Of a stretch of 64,000 bases of DNA, positions 40,877 to 48,605 are shown in pieces; position 1 is the stretch's first letter, and each line of letters opens with the position of its first letter. The stretch lies in the NCBI GenBank assembly GCA_043814035.1, contig JBDRKJ010000002.1, positions 136,766 to 200,765 of the forward strand. Reading direction: 5' to 3'. A program made the translations under genes and the position numbers. The stretch is from Candidatus Peregrinibacteria bacterium (GTDB lineage: Bacteria; Patescibacteriota; Gracilibacteria; Peribacterales; Peribacteraceae). Under the pieces are notes generated by a model. It saw only the letters and a list, made by a program, of their open reading frames with translations. It did no database searches and was not told the origin of the DNA.

Positions 40877-41508
40877 TGCGCTCAGTCACTGCTTCGCCGC
40901 AGGCGCTCGAAGAGGCTCTACGCGTTCTTGCTGCAGGAGGTGTAGTCGCCCATGCAACAGAGACCTGCTACGGACTTGCCTGCGATCTCACTAATCCGCA
41001 GGCGGTTACAAAACTCTTTGCGATCAAGAATCGTCCGCAGGATCAACCGGTGAGCGGGCTCTTTGCATCAATAGCCACAGCAAAGAAATACGTTGAATGG
41101 AACACGAAGGCCGAAGAGCTCGCCTCAAAGCACCTCCCAGGCCCCCTCACTCTCATTCTCCCTATGAATGAAGCAGCACGGGAAAAACTCTTCATTGTCC
41201 CAATCCCTAATCCCCAATCCCTAATCCGCGGAATCGGCATTCGTATCTCGAGTCATCCTTTGGCCATGGAACTCGTCAGGCGCTTCGGTAAGCCGCTCTC
41301 GACAACGTCGGCCAACGTACACGGCAGGCCCAATCCCTACTCGGTACAGGAAATTGAGCAGCAGTTTGCCTCCACCAATGTGCAACCAGACCTTATTCTC
41401 GATAGCGGTACGCTCCCACCGACTCCACCCTCAACCATTATCAACCTTTCATCTGCAGGGCAGACACGCACACATCGTCAGGGCGACCTTTCTGTCGAGG
41501 ATCGCTGA
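40876..41508 (+). CDS. tsaC: L-threonylcarbamoyladenylate synthase (TsaC/Sua5/YrdC)
   Basis: TETCYGL, IKNRP, PGPLTLIL, TTSANVHG, PSTII. Confidence 0.93.
   Translation: MRSVTASPQALEEALRVLAAGGVVAHATETCYGLACDLTNPQAVTKLFAIKNRPQDQPVSGLFASIATAKKYVEWNTKAEELASKHLPGPLTLILPMNEAAREKLFIVPIPNPQSLIRGIGIRISSHPLAMELVRRFGKPLSTTSANVHGRPNPYSVQEIEQQFASTNVQPDLILDSGTLPPTPPSTIINLSSAGQTRTHRQGDLSVEDR
41200..41227 (+). repeat. 7-mer tandem array (CYAATCC x4) inside tsaC
   Basis: ccaatcc ctaatcc ccaatcc ctaatcc; translated as PIPNPQSLI. Confidence 0.85.
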
Positions 41509-41562
41509 AGAACCCTGTAAAGTCTCTTCCGCAACACAAGAAGAGCCGAGTAAGCTCTTGGC

Positions 41563-42009
41563 ATGTACTGCCCGCGATGCAAAGCGACCGACACGGCGGT
41601 TATCGACTCGCGTCTCGCAGAGGATGGCCGGGCAATTCGCCGTCGGCGCGAGTGCACCAAGTGTAATCATCGTTACACAACATTTGAGCGCCAAGAACTT
41701 AGCAACCTCATCGTCATCAAGCGTGACAGCACCCGTGAACCATATAGTCGCACCAAGCTCGAACGCGGTATTTGGCTCGCCTGTTCCAAGCGCCCGATTT
41801 CGCAGGAGAAGATTGACCGTCTGCTCACCAAATTGGAAGAGAAATGGGGTGGCAACCGTAAGGAGGTATCAAGCTCCACCATCGGCACTGATGTGATGCG
41901 AGAATTGAAGAAGCTCGATACCGTCGCCTACATCCGATTCGCTTCTGTGCATCGCGAATTTAAAGATGTGCAGGAATTTAAGAAGGAATTGGGGCAGCTT
42001 TTGAAGTAA
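41563..42009 (+). CDS. nrdR: Transcriptional repressor NrdR
   Basis: MYCPRC, VIDSR, IRRRRECTKC, RYTTFE, VAYIRFASV. Confidence 0.97.
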   Translation: MYCPRCKATDTAVIDSRLAEDGRAIRRRRECTKCNHRYTTFERQELSNLIVIKRDSTREPYSRTKLERGIWLACSKRPISQEKIDRLLTKLEEKWGGNRKEVSSSTIGTDVMRELKKLDTVAYIRFASVHREFKDVQEFKKELGQLLK

Positions 42010-42039
42010 GAAAAGTAAGGAAAGGCAGGAAGGTAAGGA
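42004..42039 (+). repeat. 9-mer tandem array x4, left arm
   Basis: aagtaagaa aagtaagga aaggcagga aggtaagga. Confidence 0.85.
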
Positions 42040-42064
42040 AGGGGTTCTCTGCTATGATTTTATT

Positions 42065-42427
42065 ATGCTCAGAAGAATGGACATTGGCTTCCGCAGGCTC
42101 ATTATCTGGCAAGAGGCAAAAAAGTTGGCCCTCAAAATCTATGGAGTAACAAAAGCATTTCCTAAAGAGGAGCAGTTTCACCTCGTGACACAAATCCGCA
42201 GAGCTGCCACGTCAATTATGGCAAACATTGCAGAAGGATCGGCAATGCAGACACGGGCACACCGTGATGCTTTTTACGGTAGGGCACGGGGCTCTGTGGC
42301 AGAAGTGGATGCATTTATTGAGTTGAGTTCCGACCTGGATCTGATATCAAAAGCAGATGCAAACGATATTGCTGACCATTGCGCTCGTTTGAGCTATCTT
42401 CTTACCCAATTACTGAAAAGCAAGTAG
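42065..42427 (+). CDS. Four helix bundle protein (23S rRNA IVS-protein / TIGR02436-like family)
   Basis: FRRLIIWQEA, FPKEEQFHLVTQIRRAATSIMANIAEG, ARGSVAEV. Confidence 0.92.
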   Translation: MLRRMDIGFRRLIIWQEAKKLALKIYGVTKAFPKEEQFHLVTQIRRAATSIMANIAEGSAMQTRAHRDAFYGRARGSVAEVDAFIELSSDLDLISKADANDIADHCARLSYLLTQLLKSK

Positions 42428-42443
42428 CTTTTCTGTTCCACTT

Positions 42444-42479
42444 TCCTTACGTTTCTTACGTTCCTCACCTTCCTTACCT
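42444..42479 (-). repeat. 9-mer tandem array x4, right arm (inverted)
   Basis: tccttacgt ttcttacgt tcctcacct tccttacct; the reverse complement matches the left-arm unit AGGTAAGGA. Confidence 0.85.
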
Positions 42480-42480
42480 C

Positions 42481-44250
42481 ATGTTACGTACGCACACCTG
42501 TGGCGAACTCACGGCAAAGAACGCGAAGGAAGAAACAACAACGCTCTGTGGCTGGGTGCACCGGCGCCGTGACCACGGAGGGCTCATCTTCGTCGACCTG
42601 CGAGACCGTTACGGTTTCACGCAGATCGTGTTTGATCCTGAGAACAAGGCAGTCTTCACCACGGCCGAAAAGATCCGCCCCGAGTGGGTACTCAAAATCA
42701 CCGGGACGGTGCGCAAACGTGTGGAAGGCGCAGAACGGAAGGAGAATCCTACAGGAGAGATAGAAGTGATCGCGGAAGAACTTGCGGTCCTGAGTGAGGC
42801 GAAGACCCCACCTTTCGAAATCGATCAGGAGAAGGAGGTCAACGAGGAGCTCCGGCTCCAGTATCGCTTCTTGGATCTTCGGCGCCCTACCTTACAAAAG
42901 ATGATGCAGAAGCGGGATGCCTTCATTGGACATATCCGTACCTACATGCACAGCAAGAATTTTACTGAGGTGCAGACCCCCATCCTCGCCAATTCTTCGC
43001 CAGAGGGAGCGCGTGACTATCTCGTCCCGAGCCGACTGCACCGTGGCATGTTTTATGCCCTTCCACAGGCTCCACAACAGTTTAAGCAGCTCCTTATGGT
43101 GGCGGGGCTCGACCGTTACTTTCAGATCGCCCCTTGTTTCCGTGACGAAGACCCCCGTGCAGACCGACACCCAGGTGAGTTCTACCAGCTTGACCTGGAA
43201 ATGAGCTTCGTCACACAAGAGGATGTGTTTGAAGCTGTGGAACCTCTTATGGCGGAACTCACGGAACGCTTTAGTGATAAAAAGGTCCTGCAGAAACCAT
43301 TCCCTCAGTTCACATGGAAGGAGATCTTTGACCGCTACGGATCAGACAAGCCCGACTTGCGCTTCGGTTTGGAGCTCACGGATGTTACATCTCTCTGCAA
43401 GGAGTGCGGATTCTCCATCTTTGCCGATGCCGTTGCTCAGGGGGGAGCGGTAAAAGCGTTGAGAGTCGCCGGCGGTGCAAAATTTTCTCGCAAGGAGATT
43501 GATGATCTCACAGAGGCCGCTTGGACATTCGGTGCCAAGGGGCTTGCGTGGATGAAGATGGCTAAGGGGAAACTCGAAGGTGTGCCCGCGGCGAAGTTGG
43601 GACCCGATCTCGCTGGAAAAATCGCCGAACAGCTCAAGTTAGAAGAAGGAGACATTGCCTTCTTTACAGCGGATAAATGGCTCATCGCATGTCGCTCAAT
43701 CGGTCAGGTTCGCGCCGAGATCGGCAAAAAACTCAAATTGGCTGATCCCAAGGCAGCCGCGTGGGCATGGATAAAGGATTACCCCATGTACGAGTGGAAT
43801 GAGCAGGAGAAGAAGGTTGATTTTTCGCATAACCCCTTCTCGATGCCGCAGGGTGGGATGGAGGCGCTGGAAGCGAAAGATCCTCTTTCGATTCTTGCCT
43901 TCCAGTATGACCTTATTTGCAACGGCTTCGAGATCAGCTCCGGAGCCATCAGAAATCACAGTCCGGATATTATGTACAAAGCATTTGGTATCGCCGGATA
44001 CACGAAAGAGGATGTTGATCGAAAATTTGGCGGCATGATCCGCGCTTTCCAATACGGTGCCCCGCCGCATGGCGGCATCGCTCCGGGTATTGACCGCCTC
44101 ATGATGGTGCTCTGGGAATGCCCGAGTATTCGTGATATCTATGCGTTCCCCAAAAATGGTAAGGCGCAGGATGTCATGATGGGGGCTCCGTCTGTTGTTT
44201 CTGACGCACAGCTCAACGAACTGGGCATCTGCGTTGTCGAGGAAAAGTAA
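42481..44250 (+). CDS. aspS: Aspartate--tRNA ligase
   Basis: MLRTHTCGEL, RRRDHGGLIFVDLRD, PEGARDYLVPSR, FRDED, GAPPHGGIAPGIDR. Confidence 0.98.
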   Translation: MLRTHTCGELTAKNAKEETTTLCGWVHRRRDHGGLIFVDLRDRYGFTQIVFDPENKAVFTTAEKIRPEWVLKITGTVRKRVEGAERKENPTGEIEVIAEELAVLSEAKTPPFEIDQEKEVNEELRLQYRFLDLRRPTLQKMMQKRDAFIGHIRTYMHSKNFTEVQTPILANSSPEGARDYLVPSRLHRGMFYALPQAPQQFKQLLMVAGLDRYFQIAPCFRDEDPRADRHPGEFYQLDLEMSFVTQEDVFEAVEPLMAELTERFSDKKVLQKPFPQFTWKEIFDRYGSDKPDLRFGLELTDVTSLCKECGFSIFADAVAQGGAVKALRVAGGAKFSRKEIDDLTEAAWTFGAKGLAWMKMAKGKLEGVPAAKLGPDLAGKIAEQLKLEEGDIAFFTADKWLIACRSIGQVRAEIGKKLKLADPKAAAWAWIKDYPMYEWNEQEKKVDFSHNPFSMPQGGMEALEAKDPLSILAFQYDLICNGFEISSGAIRNHSPDIMYKAFGIAGYTKEDVDRKFGGMIRAFQYGAPPHGGIAPGIDRLMMVLWECPSIRDIYAFPKNGKAQDVMMGAPSVVSDAQLNELGICVVEEK

Positions 44251-44307
44251 TATCCTGCCTGTTTGCGATAGAGTGCATCAGAGAGCCCTTTCTGCTATAA
44301 TAATCAG

Positions 44308-45297
44308 ATGCCGAACGATCCTGTGGATCCCAAGAAGGCTGACATGCAGAGAGAACTTGAGCGTGCTCAGGAGCTCAAGCGTAAGCAGCTGGAAAAGGAT
44401 AAGGAGCACCGCGCAGGGCGCAAGAAAGAGGGAGTGGAACGCGGCGAACGGCAACACGCATTTTCCGAGGCGGATCTACTGGCAGAAGAACGTAAAAAGC
44501 AGGAACTTAAAGAATGGCGCGGGGCAGAGGTCGAACGAAAAAAGGCGGTGATAGAGATGAAAAAAAAGAAGGCAGAGGAGAAGAAATTTTGGGAAGATCA
44601 GGCTGCAGAGCACGAAGAGCGTATGAAGAAGCGCCGTGAGTACATGAAACAAATGCATGAACAGAACGCGCGCATGGTTTTGAAAGAGCGCAGAAAAAAC
44701 GAGGCCAGAAAACTTATGAATAACACCCGCGAACAGGCAGAGTGGGGCGCCCTGCGTGCACGTCAGCAGGCAGAGTTTTGGGCTAAACGCGAGCGGAGCA
44801 AGACAGAGATGGAAGGACGCAAAAAGCGCTCAGATGCTGATCAAGAAGAGCGGCGCCTGAAGGAAACGGCTGACGAAGAGGCAAAGCAGAAGAAGGCCAA
44901 GCTCGATGCGCAAGAGCGGGAGGCAACGGCCCGAATGGAAGATGATATTCGTAGACGACGCCTTGCCGCCGCAAGCCTGCCCATGGGTGTTCGCGACACA
45001 GAGCAACGTAAGATTGATGCGGATGAACGCCATGAGCGCGAAAAGATCGAGCAAGACAAGCGCACCAAGAAGACAGCAGTGGATACCGAAACCACAAAGA
45101 AGAAATTCGAACTCGAGGCACTCGCCCACCACAAGCGCGAGCAGGCCACGGTGCACGAACGCGAAACCCTACAGGGGGTGGAGACCGAAGCGAAGCAGAA
45201 GGGCGATCAGGCCGGTAAGGAGGCCATACACCGTGAAGAGGAGGCTGCCCGCCGCGCGGATCGTATCGCACGGGGAGAGGAAGAAATCCCCTCATAA
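44308..45297 (+). CDS. Highly charged (E/K/R) coiled-coil hypothetical protein
   Basis: 329-aa charged helical ORF; TGCTATAAT lies 6 nt upstream of the ATG. Confidence 0.8.
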   Translation: MPNDPVDPKKADMQRELERAQELKRKQLEKDKEHRAGRKKEGVERGERQHAFSEADLLAEERKKQELKEWRGAEVERKKAVIEMKKKKAEEKKFWEDQAAEHEERMKKRREYMKQMHEQNARMVLKERRKNEARKLMNNTREQAEWGALRARQQAEFWAKRERSKTEMEGRKKRSDADQEERRLKETADEEAKQKKAKLDAQEREATARMEDDIRRRRLAAASLPMGVRDTEQRKIDADERHEREKIEQDKRTKKTAVDTETTKKKFELEALAHHKREQATVHERETLQGVETEAKQKGDQAGKEAIHREEEAARRADRIARGEEEIPS

Positions 45298-45327
45298 ACG
45301 ACAGAAAGCTTGCTACAGTATAGGTAT

Positions 45328-45416
45328 GCCGAGGTGGCGAAATTGGCAGACGCGCCAGCCTTAGGAGCTGGTCCCGCGCATGCGGGATGGAGGTTCGAGC
45401 CCTCTCCTCGGCACCA
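45328..45416 (+). tRNA. tRNA-Leu(TAG)
   Basis: Acceptor GCCGAGG/CCTCGGC-ACCA; anticodon arm CCAGC-CTTAGGA-GCTGG; long variable arm; GTTCGAG T-loop. Confidence 0.96.
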
Positions 45417-45443
45417 GATAGGATTTACTAGAACTATTACGCA

Positions 45444-46277
45444 ATGACAGAGCAGCAAGTAACACGAGTGGCAATCGCAACAGAAAAGTTTTTGAAGGTA
45501 CCGCTGGATGATGTGATAAGAAACGTGGGGGATGGTGTAATAGTAAATAGCATTATCCGAACCCTTATTAAGCCGGAGTTGGAAAAAAGGGGGATGGGAA
45601 AATTCAGATCTGCAATTGTGGAAATTTTTCCTAAGGATAAACAACCACCCAAATTTCATTTTGACGACGATTGCATGTTTGCCATGAAGCTAAAGGAGGG
45701 GATATTAAAACCGGAAATGAAAGGCAGGTATCTCTTTCAAGACTGCGGAGTAACTATGGACGACGTTGAAAACATTGCTCTCCCCCAAAACTTCGGAGAC
45801 CCGAATTCCGCAAAGCTTTTTGTTGTGCGCTTTGATCCGTTTTTCTTCCTGTTCTTCGATTTTCGATATAACCGGCAGCGTGTGGAAGCGCAATTGGCAA
45901 GAGCCAAGGAGTACATTACTGCCGCACGGAAACTAGACCCTGAAGCAGAACATGCACCGATATGCGATATGCTATGGGCTGCCATGGAAATGATGGCGCA
46001 GGCCATGATCCTCTCCTTGCCTGACGGAGAAAAAACAAAAACGCACGACAAATTAGAGCACCTTGATGACCTTCGTAAGGGGTTAGTCATCGTGTCTGAT
46101 GATTTTATGCGCGTATTTGCACAAGTAAGTAAAAAGAGACCTGCTGCAAGATATCCGGATGTGAGCAGTGATCCGTCATGGCAAGAAAGAAGTAAGCCGC
46201 TTTCTCCCAAAGAAATTGCTGCGGCACTTGCGAACCTTGAAAAGGAACTTGAGAACAATGTGATGCTCAAAATATAA
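45444..46277 (+). CDS. Putative HEPN-domain protein
   Basis: C-terminal LARAKEYITAA...AMEMMAQA...KTHDKL...KRPAARYP pattern; AT-richer than flanks. Confidence 0.6.
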   Translation: MTEQQVTRVAIATEKFLKVPLDDVIRNVGDGVIVNSIIRTLIKPELEKRGMGKFRSAIVEIFPKDKQPPKFHFDDDCMFAMKLKEGILKPEMKGRYLFQDCGVTMDDVENIALPQNFGDPNSAKLFVVRFDPFFFLFFDFRYNRQRVEAQLARAKEYITAARKLDPEAEHAPICDMLWAAMEMMAQAMILSLPDGEKTKTHDKLEHLDDLRKGLVIVSDDFMRVFAQVSKKRPAARYPDVSSDPSWQERSKPLSPKEIAAALANLEKELENNVMLKI

Positions 46278-46379
46278 GCGAATTAATATCTAAACTATAA
46301 AGCTACAAAATAGAATTCAGTAACCCCCTTGTTACCACACACCAAAAGGTCCAAGGATTTGATTCAGACCAACAGCTAT

Positions 46380-48149
46380 TTATATAACCACCGGTGGAAC
46401 AGCCGGCGCTGCGGGAGGAGCAGCTGGGCGCGGTGGCTCATCTGCCTTCACATCCGCCTTAAACCCATCAAGCAGCTGCCTAAAGAGTGCAGGTAGTTCA
46501 GTTGGCTGCTTAAGAACGGCCTGCTCATTAATAGCAAAGTAGTCTATGCCAGTGCCCATTCTGAAGGTAATTTTTCCTGAGAGATCGCCAAGAATAGTGC
46601 GATCAACAGGGCCACCTGTTTCATTTGTGAGAGAGAGCTCAAAACTGTCATTTACCGCAAAAACTGTTTTCTCCAGACCGTCGTATATCTTCACGCCGCT
46701 TGGAACTCTAAAGCGCGCATCTGGCCTCCCGAGATACGAAGTAAGTGCATCCTTGCCTCCATTGAGAATATTTTTCTGGTTCTCTGCTGTGGTTTTCATC
46801 TCCTGCAGCACTGCGACTTCCTGTGTCAGCTGGGCATCTTCCTGCTTATTTTTGGCAAGCGTATCGCTCAGCTCTTTCAGATGCTCCTGGCCGCGGGTTT
46901 TTTCGTCTCCCTCTTCAACTCCTTCAAGCTGCTTCGTGAGCTCCTCAATTTCTTTCTCAGCCTGAGGAAACTCCTTCTTGAGTGCCTTCTGCCGCTCCTC
47001 CTTCGCATCCTTCAACTGCTCTCCGGTTGTACCCTTTGTTTTCATTTCCTCCTTCAACTTCTGCTTCAGTGCATCCTCCCCAGGCGTCGGAGCCTCTGCA
47101 CCCGTACCAGGCGCTCCTGCTGGTGCCCCTGTCTTCGCCTCCGGCTTCAGCTGGTCCTTCATCTTCTGGATACTCAGCAAAACGTAACCAATCAGACCCA
47201 TAATCTTACTGAATCCGCGTTCCATAGGTGAGCCTTCGGTCACCTTGAGTACGGGGGGTTTGGCGAAGATCTCGTCAGGATTACTGGTATCGATTCCACG
47301 CATCTGCATCCGCGCGAGCATGATATTTTTATCAATCTCCGAGGCCTTAGTGGCATCGAATGTCTTTAGCTCCTTCTCCGCGCCATCAATAATATCTGCG
47401 CGCTCCTCGTCAGAGAGCTCCATCGCTTCTTCTCGCGTTGTTTCGACCATTGTTTGACGTATCTGCTTCACAAACTCCTGTTGATCCGCAGGGATCTCGC
47501 TCAAGAACTTCTGAAATGCTGGATCTTTGGTGAGAATTTCCTGCTTCTCTTTCGGGCTCTTATTGTTGAAGTTTTCGAAGAAACCCTTTGTAACTTCCAG
47601 TTCCGGGCTGTCATCTGTCATGCCTGCCATCAATCTCTCGGCAGCAGAAGCCAATTGGGGATTAGATGCAAAGGCTTCCTGGATCATCGTCTTTTCTGCC
47701 TCAGTAAGCTCACGGCCTTTCTCTTCTCGATCTACTGACGCCTCTGCGCCGATCGCAAGCTTTCCATCAGCACCACGTTCCAATACAACACCTGCCGGCG
47801 CAAACGCCTCATTGACCACCTGAAGAGGATTTGGGGTGACCGAGGTTACAAGTTCTTGATAATACGCATTCGCCGCATTCACAAGCGCTGCTTGATATCG
47901 CTCCTGTAATTTGGCGTTATCTTCGCCAGCTTGCTGCACCTGAAAGAGTGCCAATTCTTTCGCAGCATCCGGATTCCCTACCTTCATCCTGTCTATCTGT
48001 TCTTGAATTGTCTTTTGTTCCGGGGTCAAATCTACCGGAGGTGGTGCAGCAGGCGCACCCTCACCAGGAGCTGGAGCTGCGGCAGGCGCACCACCATCGA
48101 ATATCAATCTCCGCTCTTTCTCTGTTCTGAATGTAGGATGAAACAACAT
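46380..48149 (-). CDS. Hypothetical helical protein with Pro/Ala linkers and one internal hydrophobic helix
   Basis: 589-aa ORF; N-terminus MLFHPTFRTEKERRLIFDGG; internal IMGLIGYVLLSI. Confidence 0.8.
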   Translation of the reverse strand: MLFHPTFRTEKERRLIFDGGAPAAAPAPGEGAPAAPPPVDLTPEQKTIQEQIDRMKVGNPDAAKELALFQVQQAGEDNAKLQERYQAALVNAANAYYQELVTSVTPNPLQVVNEAFAPAGVVLERGADGKLAIGAEASVDREEKGRELTEAEKTMIQEAFASNPQLASAAERLMAGMTDDSPELEVTKGFFENFNNKSPKEKQEILTKDPAFQKFLSEIPADQQEFVKQIRQTMVETTREEAMELSDEERADIIDGAEKELKTFDATKASEIDKNIMLARMQMRGIDTSNPDEIFAKPPVLKVTEGSPMERGFSKIMGLIGYVLLSIQKMKDQLKPEAKTGAPAGAPGTGAEAPTPGEDALKQKLKEEMKTKGTTGEQLKDAKEERQKALKKEFPQAEKEIEELTKQLEGVEEGDEKTRGQEHLKELSDTLAKNKQEDAQLTQEVAVLQEMKTTAENQKNILNGGKDALTSYLGRPDARFRVPSGVKIYDGLEKTVFAVNDSFELSLTNETGGPVDRTILGDLSGKITFRMGTGIDYFAINEQAVLKQPTELPALFRQLLDGFKADVKADEPPRPAAPPAAPAVPPVVI

Positions 48150-48154
48150 GAAAA

Positions 48155-48505
48155 TTAATTGGTATCGAATGAAGCTTCGATAGATTTAAGCTTCTGTTGG
48201 TCACTCTCCGAAGCCTTCTCCTCAACGAAGTGGATGGTTCCGATTTTAAACGAGCGCACCTTGGCATCCTGTTCCTGTAAATACTTCGCATAGCGCTGCT
48301 CGTATTCCTCCATCGCCTTGGCATAGCGCTCACCACGTGCCTTCTTTTTCTTGGGTGTCTCATCCTTGTACTTTTCTTCCATCAGCGGGATCTGATCCAA
48401 TGTAAGTTCCGATTCGATCTCACTCATGATGCTGTTGTAAATTTCCGCGCCCGTGCGCTTGGCAGGAATGATAGGAACACCCGAATTCTGTTGAGCAGCA
48501 GGCAT
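48155..48505 (-). CDS. Hypothetical protein
   Basis: 116-aa helical ORF with TATAAT upstream. Confidence 0.7.
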   Translation of the reverse strand: MPAAQQNSGVPIIPAKRTGAEIYNSIMSEIESELTLDQIPLMEEKYKDETPKKKKARGERYAKAMEEYEQRYAKYLQEQDAKVRSFKIGTIHFVEEKASESDQQKLKSIEASFDTN

Positions 48506-48605
48506 GGATATTGGTATGGAACCTTTCTTACTAATTATACCAAATTTTCACGTTTTCCGCCATCCTCGCGCAAAAGCTGCAGAAGAGTGCAGATCGCCAA
48601 TACTC

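Noticed and set aside
42065-42427. Diversity-generating retroelement (Avd-like gene)
   Set aside because: No reverse transcriptase and no TR/VR pair differing at adenines was found in the window.
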